A stretch of DNA of 64,000 nucleotides. It comes from an uncultured Gemmatimonadales bacterium. GTDB lineage: Bacteria > Gemmatimonadota > Gemmatimonadetes > Longimicrobiales > Longimicrobiaceae. The position numbers and the translations under genes are program-made. The notes under the pieces were generated by a model. The model was not told where the DNA came from. It saw nothing but the letters and a program-made list of their open reading frames with translations, and did no database searches. This document shows positions 8,861-18,148 of the stretch, piece by piece; position 1 is the first letter of the stretch, and each line of letters begins with the position of its first letter. Location: contig OY970303.1 in NCBI GenBank assembly GCA_963716255.1, positions 7,936,001-8,000,000 of the forward strand, written 5' to 3'.

Positions 8861-9955
8861 CTACGGGGCGGCGGCCCCGGCCGCCTCCGGCTCCTCGATC
8901 TCCACGCTGCCGTCCACGGAGACCCGGAGGGTGACCGGCTCGCCGGGCTCGTAGCGCTCCCACTGCGCCTGCGTGAGCTGCTTCGTGTACTCCTTGCCCT
9001 CCTTGTCGCGGAAGGTCAGGGTGTACACCTCCTTGCGCTCGCCCTCGCGCTCCCTGCTCCCGGACAGCCCGGCGTCCGGCCACGCCGGCGAGCCCGTCGC
9101 GCCGCCGGCCGCTCGCGCCACGCGCTCGGGCTTCCAGCGCTCGATCTCGTAGCGGAAGCGCGTCCCCCACACCGGCACCTGTCGGTAGACCGGCTCCTGG
9201 TACTCTTCGGAACGGTACTGGGTGGAGTACGTGGCCCGGGTGCAGGTCCTGTCCGTGAAATAGCCGTTGCCGTTGTCGGTGGTGCCGCAGGTGTACGACT
9301 CGGTACCGGTCTGCACCCGCTCGGAGACCTGGCGGGTGCGGCTCTCGTAGTGGTCCAGCACCCGGTCGTAGCGGCGGATGGCCCGCTCGCTGCTCAGCTC
9401 GCGCCCGCCCTGGGGGAGCTCCCACTCCTCCTCGGTGACGGTGCGGTACTGTTCCACCTGCACGGTGCGCTCCCACGAGCGGTCGCTCACCGTCGCCGGC
9501 ACGTCCCTGGGGCTGAGGATGGCGAAGGCGCCGCCCGCCACCCCCAGCCCGATCCCCCAGCGAACCACCCGCCGGAACCCGCCGGTCTTGCGGGTCGAAG
9601 GCGGAGCCGGCGGCACGGACGCGGCGCGGAGGGCCCGCCGCCCGGAGCGCGGCGCCTCGCCCTCCTCGTACTCGTGCGTCTCCTGGTGCACGCTGTCGCC
9701 CACGGGCGCGCCGCACCCCGTGCAGTCCGCCGAGAGCGCGCGGTTGCTGGCGCCGCAGTGCTCGCACACCCAGTCCGCGCCGGCGGCGGCCTGGCGCAGC
9801 ATCTCCGCGTCGGTCAGCTCCGGCGCGTCCTCGGGGAGGTAGAAGCGCACGTCGTCCGGGCGCGGGAGCCCGCAGTGGGGGCAGGCGACGTCGCGCCCGC
9901 GCACGCCGGCGGTGCCACAGGAATCGCAGTCCCAGCGTCCTTCGCGTACGGCCAT
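8861..9955 (-). CDS. Hypothetical membrane-anchored protein with two N-terminal Zn ribbons
   Basis: WDCDSCG..CPHCG and WVCEHCG..CTGCG, one hydrophobic segment (WGIGLGVAGGAFAIL), extracytoplasmic C-terminus with a Cys pair. Confidence 0.75.
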   Translation of the reverse strand: MAVREGRWDCDSCGTAGVRGRDVACPHCGLPRPDDVRFYLPEDAPELTDAEMLRQAAAGADWVCEHCGASNRALSADCTGCGAPVGDSVHQETHEYEEGEAPRSGRRALRAASVPPAPPSTRKTGGFRRVVRWGIGLGVAGGAFAILSPRDVPATVSDRSWERTVQVEQYRTVTEEEWELPQGGRELSSERAIRRYDRVLDHYESRTRQVSERVQTGTESYTCGTTDNGNGYFTDRTCTRATYSTQYRSEEYQEPVYRQVPVWGTRFRYEIERWKPERVARAAGGATGSPAWPDAGLSGSREREGERKEVYTLTFRDKEGKEYTKQLTQAQWERYEPGEPVTLRVSVDGSVEIEEPEAAGAAAP

Positions 9956-10128
9956 GGGAGTGGAGCAGGCAGGGAGGGCGGAAACGGAAAACGGCCCGCG
10001 CAGGGCGTTGCGGCGGGCGCACTTCGGGGTGCGGAAGAGGAAATATCGCGTGGACGCGCCGGACCGACAAGCGGCTCATGCGCGGCGTGCGACCCGGTGC
10101 TCCGCGAGATGCACGGCACCCGCCGCTC

Positions 10129-10545
10129 GGGCTCCGGTGTTCGGGGTCGGCCGGGGGCGGCTGCTCCGTCGGTGCGGTACCCGAAGGGACTCGCCAGAGC
10201 ACTCGCCCGCCCTCCGAGCGAAGGCGGGATCACGCTGGCTTCGAACAACGCACCTCCTGCACAGCCTCCCCCGACCTCCCGGCGCAGATCGCAACGGCAC
10301 AATGCCCGACCTTCGGCCAGCCCTCCCCCAGGATTGGGGGATGTAGGGGGAAAGCCGTGCGAGCCTCAAGCGAGCCGGGTGGGGGCCCCGGCGGACGCCA
10401 GCGCGACCCCCGCGTGAGGGATTTCGGCCCGAAGGGGCGAGACCCCGCGCAGTTTGCGGGGGCTCGACTCCGTAACGCAGCGTTGTTTGCTGCGTTACGG
10501 AGCCGAAGCCCGACCCCGGCGCCAGCCGGGGGCACGCCCAAACCC
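10129..10545 (-). repeat. Composite hairpin repeat, copy 2 (C 10129-10300, D 10321-10388, A 10411-10545), inverted
   Basis: Reverse complement of modules A and C of copies 1 and 6. Confidence 0.9.
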
Positions 10546-10669
10546 GCCGCATCCCCACGAACCCGCCGGATTCGCCCGAAACCCTATGTCGAAACCAGCA
10601 GTTGCCCCGCAACCCCGCGAAGCATACCTTCCGCTCCCCGTCGACAACCCCACCTCGGAGATCCCCCGG

Positions 10670-12277
10670 ATGGACCGCCGACAGTTCCTCGCCCGCGGCG
10701 CCGCCCTCGCGGCCGGCGCGGCCGTCACCGGACTCCCCTCGCTCGCGGAAGCCTACCCGGCCCGCTTCGCCGCGGACCCGGGGGTGCGCGAGCTCGCCCT
10801 GCGCGCCCTGGACGCCGCGAAGCTCGCGGGAGCGGCGTATGCCGACGTGCGCGTGAGCCGCAACCGCAACCAGTCGGTGTCCACGCGCGAGCGTCAGATC
10901 ACCGCCCTGGAGGACGGCGAGACCTTCGGCTTCGGGGTGCGGGTGCTGGCGGGCGGGGCCTGGGGCTTCGCGGCCAGCCGGGAATTGACGCTCCCGGAGG
11001 TGGAGCGGGTGGCGCGGCAGGCGGTCACGCAGGCCAGGGCGAACGCCCTGGCGGCGTCGCGCCCGGTGACGCTGGCGCCCACAGAAAGCTACCCGGACGC
11101 CGTGTGGCGCTCGCCCATCGAGACCGACCCTTTCGACGTGCCCATCGAGGACAAGGTGGCGCTGCTGCTTGCGGCGAACGCGGCGGCGCTGGGGGTGCGC
11201 GGGGCGCGCTACGTGACCTCGTCCATGTTCTTCGTGCGCGAGGAAAAGACGTTCGCGTCCACGGAAGGGACCTTCGCGCAGCAGACCGTCTACCGCACGT
11301 ACCCGCAGATGAGCGTGACCGCGGTCTCGGCGGACGGGCGCGACTTCCAGACGCGCAACTCCACCCCGGTGCAGCCCATGGGGCTGGGGTACGAGCACGT
11401 GCGGCGCGCGCGCCTGGAGGAGAACGCCGTCGTCTGGGCGGAGGACGCGGTGAAGAAGCTTTCGGCGAAGCCGGTGCAGCCGGGGCGCTACGACCTGGTG
11501 CTCCTCCCCTCGCACCTGTTCCTGACCATCCACGAGTCCATCGCGCACCCCACGGAGCTGGACCGCATCCTGGGGTACGAGGCCAACTACGCCGGCACTT
11601 CGTTCATCTCGCCGGCGGCCGACTTCCTGGGCAGCTTCCGCTACGGGCCGGAGATCTTCAACATCCAGGGGGAGCGCTCCGCGCCGGGCGGGCTCGCCAC
11701 CGTGGGGTGGGACGACGAGGGAGTGATGCCGGACGAGTACCTGATCGTGAAGGACGGGGTGCTCGACGACCTGCAGACCACGCGCGAGCAGGCCCCCATG
11801 CTCGCCGACTGGTACCGGCGGAGCGGCCGCCCGGTGCGCTCGCACGGCAACTCGTACGCGGAAAGCTGGTCGGACGTGCAGTTCCAGCGCATGCCCAACG
11901 TGAACCTGCTCCCCCACCCGGAGCGCGACGTGACGCTGGACGAGCTGGTGGACGGGGTCAGGGACGGGATCATGATCGAGGGGCGGGGCTCCTACTCCAT
12001 CGACCAGCAGCGCTACAACGCGCAGTTCGGCGGGCAGGTGTTCCACGAGATCAGGAACGGCAGGGTGGTGGGGATGCTCAAGGACGTCGCCTACCAGATG
12101 CGCACCCCGGAGTTCTGGAACGCGGTGGACCTGATCGGCGGCAGGAGCACCTACTTCCTGGGCGGCACCTTCAACGACGGCAAGGGACAGCCCTCCCAGT
12201 CCAACGCCGTGTCGCACGGCTGCGTCCCCACGCGCCACCGCAGCATCAACGTGATCAACACCGGCCGGGCGGGGTAA
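10670..12277 (+). CDS. tldD: TldD/PmbA family metalloprotease with Tat signal
   Basis: MDRRQFLARG twin-arginine signal; GFGVRVLAGGAWGFA; zinc motif HESIAHPTELDR; WDDEGV; RMPNVNL; GKGQPSQSNAVSHG. Confidence 0.88.
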   Translation: MDRRQFLARGAALAAGAAVTGLPSLAEAYPARFAADPGVRELALRALDAAKLAGAAYADVRVSRNRNQSVSTRERQITALEDGETFGFGVRVLAGGAWGFAASRELTLPEVERVARQAVTQARANALAASRPVTLAPTESYPDAVWRSPIETDPFDVPIEDKVALLLAANAAALGVRGARYVTSSMFFVREEKTFASTEGTFAQQTVYRTYPQMSVTAVSADGRDFQTRNSTPVQPMGLGYEHVRRARLEENAVVWAEDAVKKLSAKPVQPGRYDLVLLPSHLFLTIHESIAHPTELDRILGYEANYAGTSFISPAADFLGSFRYGPEIFNIQGERSAPGGLATVGWDDEGVMPDEYLIVKDGVLDDLQTTREQAPMLADWYRRSGRPVRSHGNSYAESWSDVQFQRMPNVNLLPHPERDVTLDELVDGVRDGIMIEGRGSYSIDQQRYNAQFGGQVFHEIRNGRVVGMLKDVAYQMRTPEFWNAVDLIGGRSTYFLGGTFNDGKGQPSQSNAVSHGCVPTRHRSINVINTGRAG

Positions 12278-12349
12278 CCGGTTGTGAGACAAGCGTTTGT
12301 GCCGGCGGGCGGGATGGCGCCGGCACTTGCGGGGAGCGGTCCCGGGCGG

Positions 12350-12379
12350 TTGACAAGGCCGGGGCGCCGCAAGTAGTTT
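12350..12379 (+). promoter_or_regulatory. Putative sigma70 promoter of secDF
   Basis: TTGACA-18 nt-TAGTTT, about 90 nt upstream of secD. Confidence 0.45.
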
Positions 12380-12466
12380 TGCAGATTCCGTTTCGCCGCC
12401 ACGCCGCCCCTCCCGGCGGTCCGTCCATCCCACCTCCCCCACACTCGTTGGAGTCCGCATTCTCCA

Positions 12467-14053
12467 ATGCTTCAAAACCTGAAAGTCCGCCTGGCGATCA
12501 TCGCGGTCGCACTCCTCGGCAGCCTGTTCTTCCTCTACAGGAACTACTCGCATCCGGGTCCCGACGGCAAGCCGACCCGGCAGGCCGTCACCCTCGGCCT
12601 CGACCTGCAGGGCGGGAGCCAGCTGGCGCTCGAGATCGACGAGAGCAAGGCCAGGCTCGCCCCCGAGCAGCGCGCCGACGCCATCGACCGGGCGCTCAAG
12701 ATCGTCCGCACCCGCGTGGACGAGCTGGGCGTCGCCGAGCCGGTGGTGCAGAAGGCCGGCGACGACCGCATCATCGTGGAGCTCGCCGGGCTGCAGGGCG
12801 GGGCCCGGGCCAAGGAGGTCCTGCAGCGGACCGCCTTCCTGCAGTTCCAGATGGTCCACTCCATCGCCGAGATGCAGCAGGCCTTCCCGCGGATCGACCG
12901 GGCCGTGACGGAGGCGCTGGGCGCCCGGGGCGCCGCGCCGAAGACCGGCAGCCCGGTGGGCGGGCTGTTCAAGGGCTCGGCGGGGCAGGACTCCACGGGC
13001 GGCGCGACGCCGTTCACCAGCAAGGTGTCCCCGGTGGGCGAGGGCGAGTTCCTCGTGCAGGCCGCGGACGTGCCCGAGGTGGAGCGCTACATCGCGCTCC
13101 CGGCGGTGCAGCGGCTCCTGCCGCGGGGGACGGAGTTCCTGTGGGGGACGCCGGAGCGCGGCACGCAGCAGGCGGAGCAGGTGCGCCGCCTCTTCCTGGT
13201 GGACTCGCGCGCCATGATGACGGGCGAGTACCTGGAGCAGGCGCAGGCGCAGACGGACCCGCAGTCCATGCGGCCCATCGTCACCTTCGAGCTGAGCCGC
13301 CGCGGCGGCCGCGTCTTCGAGAAGGCCACCGGCGAGAACATCGGCAAGCAGATGGCGATCGTGCTGGACGACAAGGTGTTCAGCGCCCCCGTCATCCAGT
13401 CGCAGATCGGCAACCGCGGCCAGATCGACCTGGGCGGCGGCACGCTGGAGGAGGCGAGCGACCTGGCGCTGGTGCTGCGCGCGGGCGCCCTGCCGGCGCC
13501 GCTCCGCATCGTGGAGGAGCGCACCATCGGGCCGTCGCTGGGGCAGGACTCCATCGACAACGGCCGCCTGGCCGGGATGATCGGCATCGCCGCGGTGGTG
13601 CTGATGGTGATCGGGTACTACCACTTCTCCGGGGTGCTGGCGGTGATCGCCCTGTGCCTGTACGTGGTTCTCATCCTGGGCAGCATGGCCGCGCTGGGCG
13701 CGACGCTGACCTTCCCCGGGATCGCCGGCCTGATCCTGTCGGTGGGCATGGCGGTGGACGCCAACGTGCTGATCTTCGAGCGCATCCGCGAGGAGCTGGC
13801 GCTGGGGCGGAGCATCCGCACCTCCATCAGCGAGGGGTTCTCCAACGCGCTCTCGGCGATCGTGGACTCCAACCTGACCACGCTCATCACGGCCGGCATC
13901 CTGTACTACGTGGGGACGGGCCCGGTCCGCGGCTTCGCGGTGACGCTGGCCATCGGCATCATCGCCTCCATGTTCACCGCCATCTTCGTCACGCGCACGC
14001 TGTTCATGGTCTACGCAGAGCGTAGGACGGCGGCGCAGGGCATCTCCATCTGA
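12467..14053 (+). CDS. secD: Protein translocase subunit SecD
   Basis: LGLDLQGG, RTRVDELGVAEP, AIVLDDKVFSAPVI, LRAGALPAPL, GPSLG, GMAVDANVLIFERIREE. Confidence 0.97.
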   Translation: MLQNLKVRLAIIAVALLGSLFFLYRNYSHPGPDGKPTRQAVTLGLDLQGGSQLALEIDESKARLAPEQRADAIDRALKIVRTRVDELGVAEPVVQKAGDDRIIVELAGLQGGARAKEVLQRTAFLQFQMVHSIAEMQQAFPRIDRAVTEALGARGAAPKTGSPVGGLFKGSAGQDSTGGATPFTSKVSPVGEGEFLVQAADVPEVERYIALPAVQRLLPRGTEFLWGTPERGTQQAEQVRRLFLVDSRAMMTGEYLEQAQAQTDPQSMRPIVTFELSRRGGRVFEKATGENIGKQMAIVLDDKVFSAPVIQSQIGNRGQIDLGGGTLEEASDLALVLRAGALPAPLRIVEERTIGPSLGQDSIDNGRLAGMIGIAAVVLMVIGYYHFSGVLAVIALCLYVVLILGSMAALGATLTFPGIAGLILSVGMAVDANVLIFERIREELALGRSIRTSISEGFSNALSAIVDSNLTTLITAGILYYVGTGPVRGFAVTLAIGIIASMFTAIFVTRTLFMVYAERRTAAQGISI

Positions 14054-14075
14054 ACGGGCACCGAGGACACCCCGC

Positions 14076-15068
14076 ATGAGACTCTTCGAGAACGCCAGGT
14101 ACCCGTTCATGGAGTGGCGCACCCGCGCCTACCTGATCACCGCCTTCCTCCTGGCGGTGGGATTCGGGGCGATGATCTACAACGTCACGTCCATCGGGTC
14201 GTGGCTCAAGTACGGCGTGGACTTCACCGGCGGCAGCCTGGTGCAGGTGGACTTCAAGCGCCCCACCACGGTGGAGCAGATCCGCTCGGCGGCGGCGCGC
14301 GGCGGCCACGACGACTGGGAGATCGCCCGCTTCGGGAGCGGCGACGAGTTCGTGATCCGCATGCCCACCTTCGAGCAGGAGGTGGGGAGCGACGCGTCGG
14401 TCCGCGTGGCGCAGGGCCTGTCCTCCGCCTACCAGCCCGCCGACTTCACCGTGGTGCGCACCGAGGCGCTGGGCGCCAAGGTCGGCGACGAGCTGCAGCT
14501 CAAGGCGCTGTGGGCGATCCTCCTGTCCTTCGCCGCGACGCTGGTGTACCTGGGGTTCCGCTTCGAGTGGCGGTTCGGCCTGGCGGCGATCGTCGCCACT
14601 GCGCACGACATCCTGATCACCCTGGGCTTCCTGGCGATCACGCGCACGGAGATCTCGCTGACCACCATCGCGGCGCTGCTCACCATCGTGGGCTACTCGC
14701 TGAACGACACCATCGTGGTGTTCGACCGCATCCGCGAGAACCTGGCGAAGCCGCACCGGACGGGGTCGAGCTACATGCAGCTGCTGAACACCTCCATCAA
14801 CGAGACGCTCTCGCGGACGGTGCTCACCGGCGGCTCGACGCTCGCGACGCTCCTGGCGCTGTACTTCTTCGGCGGCGGGGTGATCCAGGACTTCGCGCTG
14901 GTGCTGCTGCTGGGGATCGTGATCGGGACCTTCTCCTCGATCTTCGTGGCGTCGCCGGCGCTGTACGAGATCGAGAAGCGCTGGCCCAAGTACAACGCCA
15001 AGGGCAAGCCGCGCACCTCCTCGCAGACCAAGACGAGCCGCAGCGCGAGCAGCTCCGCGCTGGTCTGA
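14076..15068 (+). CDS. secF: Protein translocase subunit SecF
   Basis: GVDFTGG, FRFEWRFG, HDILIT, GYSLNDTIVVFDRIRE, SINETLSRT, GTFSSIFVASP. Confidence 0.97.
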   Translation: MRLFENARYPFMEWRTRAYLITAFLLAVGFGAMIYNVTSIGSWLKYGVDFTGGSLVQVDFKRPTTVEQIRSAAARGGHDDWEIARFGSGDEFVIRMPTFEQEVGSDASVRVAQGLSSAYQPADFTVVRTEALGAKVGDELQLKALWAILLSFAATLVYLGFRFEWRFGLAAIVATAHDILITLGFLAITRTEISLTTIAALLTIVGYSLNDTIVVFDRIRENLAKPHRTGSSYMQLLNTSINETLSRTVLTGGSTLATLLALYFFGGGVIQDFALVLLLGIVIGTFSSIFVASPALYEIEKRWPKYNAKGKPRTSSQTKTSRSASSSALV

Positions 15069-15090
15069 GCGGTCCCGTCGTCCGGGAAGC

Positions 15091-15118
15091 GAGCCGCCGC
15101 GGAAGTCCGCGGCGGCTC
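15091..15118 (+). terminator. Hairpin between secF and tatD
   Basis: GAGCCGCCGCGGA-AG-TCCGCGGCGGCTC perfect inverted repeat; weak U-tract. Confidence 0.35.
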
Positions 15119-15162
15119 GTCGTCGTTGTGGGAGCCTCCTTCCGAGCCACGCACAGGGCGCA

Positions 15163-15933
15163 ATGAACCCGTTCACCGTCATCGACTCGCACGCGCACCT
15201 CACCGACGAGCGCCTCCTCCCCGACGTGGAGGGGGTGCTGGAGCGGGCCCGCGCCGCCGGCGTGGAGGCAGTGGTCACCATCGGCACGCACCGCGAGGAC
15301 TGGGCGCGCGTGGCGGGGCTGGCGGAGCGCTTCCCCGGCGTGCACGCGGTGGCCGGGGTGCACCCGCACACCGCGGAGGACGCCACGGACGGGGCGCTCG
15401 CCGAGCTGCGGGAGCTGGCGCTGGGCCGGCGGATCGTGGGGCTGGGGGAGACGGGGCTGGACTACTTCTACGACAATGCCCCGCGCGAGGCGCAGCGCGC
15501 CGCCTTCCTCGCGCACCTGGAGCTGGCGCGGGAAACGGGGCTCCCTGTGGTGGTGCACACCCGCAGCGCGGACGAGGACACGGCGGACATCCTGGCCGAC
15601 GCGCGCGGCGTGACCGGCGTGCTGCACTGCTTCAGCGGGGGGCGCGCGCTGCTGGAGCGGGCGCTGGATGCGGGGTGGTACGTGTCCTTCGCGGGGATGA
15701 TCACCTTCAGGAAGTACGAGGACGCGGACCGGGTCCGCGCCGTCCCCGCCGACCGCATCCTAGTGGAAACGGACGCGCCCTACCTGGCGCCGGCCCCGAT
15801 GCGCGGCAGGACCAACGAGCCGGCGTTCGTGGTGCACACCGCCCGCAGGGCGGCGGAGATCCGCGGCGAGGACCCGGCCGCCTTCGCCGCCGCGACGGTG
15901 CGGAACACGCGGGCGTTCTACCGCCTGGGCTGA
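15163..15933 (+). CDS. tatD: TatD family DNase/hydrolase
   Basis: IDSHAHL, GVHPH, GETGLDY, PVVVHTRSA, VLHCFSG, ETDAPYLAP. Confidence 0.93.
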   Translation: MNPFTVIDSHAHLTDERLLPDVEGVLERARAAGVEAVVTIGTHREDWARVAGLAERFPGVHAVAGVHPHTAEDATDGALAELRELALGRRIVGLGETGLDYFYDNAPREAQRAAFLAHLELARETGLPVVVHTRSADEDTADILADARGVTGVLHCFSGGRALLERALDAGWYVSFAGMITFRKYEDADRVRAVPADRILVETDAPYLAPAPMRGRTNEPAFVVHTARRAAEIRGEDPAAFAAATVRNTRAFYRLG

Positions 15934-15946
15934 CCCGGCCGGGGCG

Positions 15947-16492
15947 TCAGAACACGGAGGTGATGACGACGCGGAGTGGGACGGCGCCCCGGTTGGCGTA
16001 GACGTAGGGGCGGTCGGAGGCGAAGCCGGCGGACTCGCCCTCGGCGACGGTCTGGCCGCCGCCGCCGGTCTGCAGGGTGAGGGTGCCGACTGCGACGTAC
16101 ACCAGGGTGCGGGTGCCGGGGCGGTCCGGCGCCGCCTCGTAGTGCTCGCCCGGTGCGAGGCTCCACTCCCACAGCTCCACGGTGCCGCCGCCCGGGACGC
16201 CGGCCAGGAAGCGCGCGCGGCTGCCGGGGTCTCCCCCGCGCCACACCACCTCGGGCGCCGGGACGGCGGCGTCCGGGGCGCGGACCAGGTCGGCGAAGGG
16301 GACGCCGAGCGCGTCCGCGAGCCGGTCGAGGGTCGCCAGGCTGACGTTGCTGTCGCCGGCCTCGATCCCCACCACCATGCGGCGGCTGACGTCCGCGCGC
16401 TCGGCGAGGGCCTGCTGGGTCCAGCCGCGCAGCTGGCGCGCGGCGCGGAGGTTGGCGGCGACGTGGCGGAGGAGGGGCGGATCTGTGGACAC
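15947..16492 (-). CDS. XRE (HTH_3) + cupin transcriptional regulator
   Basis: VAANLRAARQLRGWTQQALAERADVSRRMVVGIEAGDSNVSLATLDRLADALGV plus a C-terminal cupin. Start uncertain (GTG 16492 or ATG 16519). Confidence 0.85.
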   Translation of the reverse strand: MSTDPPLLRHVAANLRAARQLRGWTQQALAERADVSRRMVVGIEAGDSNVSLATLDRLADALGVPFADLVRAPDAAVPAPEVVWRGGDPGSRARFLAGVPGGGTVELWEWSLAPGEHYEAAPDRPGTRTLVYVAVGTLTLQTGGGGQTVAEGESAGFASDRPYVYANRGAVPLRVVITSVF

Positions 16493-16500
16493 GATGTGTA

Positions 16501-16545
16501 TGAGCAATATGTTGCGCATAAGCTTCCTGTGCATTATACTGCACA
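16501..16545. promoter_or_regulatory. Two 18-bp palindromic operator boxes between the divergent regulator and transporter
   Basis: TGAGCA-ATATGT-TGCGCA (16501-16518) and TGTGCA-TTATAC-TGCACA (16528-16545). The second contains TATAAT on the minus strand. Confidence 0.6.
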
Positions 16546-16589
16546 TCGTTCTTCGGCGCCAGATTCGCTTTCGGCCGGTACGGTACGTG

Positions 16590-17561
16590 ATGTCCAGCAG
16601 CACTCCCGTCGTCCACAAGTCCACCGCCTCCGCCCTGCGGGGGCGGCTCCCCGAGCTCGTCCTGGTGCTGGTCACCCTGGTGTGGGGCGGCACCTTCCTG
16701 GTGGCCCAGCTCGCGCTCCGCGAGACCGGCCCTTTCGGGCTCCTCGCCGTGCGCTTCAGCGTGGCCGCGGCCGCGCTCTTTCTCCTTTTCTTCCGGCGCG
16801 TCCGCGGCCTCACCCGGGCCGAGCTGCGCGCCGGCGCGGGGATCGGGGTGGTGACCTTCGCGGCGTACGCGCTGCAGACCGCGGGCCTTCAGCACATCCC
16901 CAGCAGCCGCTCGGCCTTCCTGGTGGCGATGTACGTCCCGGTGGTGCCGCTGCTGCAGCTCGCCCTGCTGCGCCGTGCGCCGCGCGTTTCCGCCTGGGCG
17001 GGGATCGCGCTCTCGTTCGCCGGCCTGGTGCTGCTCTCGGCGGGGGAGGGGCTCACCCCGGTGCTGGGCCGCGGCGACTGGCTGACGCTGGGCGGCGCGC
17101 TCGCATCCGCCCTGCAGATCGTGCTGGTGAGCCGCTGGGCGCCCGGCGCCGACCCCATCCGCCTGGCGCTGGTGCAGCTCGCCGCGGTCGCCGCGCTGTC
17201 GCTGCTCGCCCTCCCGCTGTCCGGCGAGGGGATCCCCGCGCCCACCCCGCTGCTGCTGGGGGCCGGGATCGCGCTGGGGCTCTTCGCCACGGCCTTCGTC
17301 ATGGCGGCGATGAACTGGGCGCAGCAGACCGTCCCGGCGACCCGCGCCACGGTGATCTACGCCATGGAGCCGGTGTGGGGCGGGATCGTGGGCGCGCTGG
17401 CCGGCGAGGTGATGACGCGCGGCACCGTGGGTGGCTCCGCGCTGATCGTGCTGGGTGTGCTGGTGAGCGAGCTCGCCTGGCCGCGCCGGCGGATCAAGTC
17501 CGGGGAGAGCGCGCCCGTATCGGCGCGCCCGGAGGAGCCGGCCGAGCGCCGGGCGGCCTGA
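16590..17561 (+). CDS. DMT/EamA family transporter
   Basis: VTLVWGGTFLV, AVRFSVA, LQTAGL..SRSAFL, GDWLTL, AQQTVPATRATVIYAMEPVW; about 10 TM segments. Confidence 0.9.
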   Translation: MSSSTPVVHKSTASALRGRLPELVLVLVTLVWGGTFLVAQLALRETGPFGLLAVRFSVAAAALFLLFFRRVRGLTRAELRAGAGIGVVTFAAYALQTAGLQHIPSSRSAFLVAMYVPVVPLLQLALLRRAPRVSAWAGIALSFAGLVLLSAGEGLTPVLGRGDWLTLGGALASALQIVLVSRWAPGADPIRLALVQLAAVAALSLLALPLSGEGIPAPTPLLLGAGIALGLFATAFVMAAMNWAQQTVPATRATVIYAMEPVWGGIVGALAGEVMTRGTVGGSALIVLGVLVSELAWPRRRIKSGESAPVSARPEEPAERRAA

Positions 17562-17587
17562 CCACGGGAGCGATTCCGGCCCGGCGG

Positions 17588-18046
17588 CCCTCACCCGACT
17601 CGCTGGAGGCTCGCCATCCTCTCCCAATCCTGGGAGAGGGGGCCAACAGCGTGTGCTCCGGCTGGCTCCGTGTATGGGGTCGGCCGGGGGAGGCTGCTCC
17701 GTCGGTGCGAAACTCGCCCACCCTCCGTGCGAGGGCGGGATCACGCTGGCTTCGAACAACGCACCTCCTGCGCAGCCTCCCCCGACCTCCCTGCGCAGAT
17801 CGCAACGGCAAACTGCCTGACCTTCGGTCAGCCCTCCCCCGTTCCGGGGGAGGGTGGCGGCTCTCAGGCCGCCGGGTGGGGGCCCCAGCCGACGCCAGCG
17901 CCACCCCCGCGTGAGGGATTTCGGCCCGAAGGGGCGAGACCCGGCGGGGCTGTTTCCGCCGGGTCTCGACTCCGTTACGCACGGTTGTTTCGTGCGTTAC
18001 GGAGCCGAAGCCCGACCCCGGCGCCCGCCGGGGGCACGCCCAACCC
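17588..18046 (-). repeat. Composite hairpin repeat, copy 3 (D' 17588-17640, C 17664-17810, D-like 17832-17886, A 17908-18046), inverted
   Basis: Reverse complement matches modules A and C. Confidence 0.9.
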
Positions 18047-18077
18047 TGAAGTTCAAGTCATAACCCCTTCGCAAGAG

Positions 18078-18107
18078 TTGACGCGACCCCGCAAAACCGG
18101 GTAGCTT
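18078..18107 (+). promoter_or_regulatory. Putative sigma70 promoter of mutL
   Basis: TTGACG-18 nt-TAGCTT, about 40 nt upstream of the ATG. Confidence 0.4.
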
Positions 18108-18148
18108 CCGCCCCGAATCTCACCCGAAACGAAGCGACGAGACGCCCG

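Noticed and set aside
10076..14122. 1348-aa and 1315-aa ORFs over tldD/secD
   Set aside because: They overlap well-supported genes and run through a repeat element.
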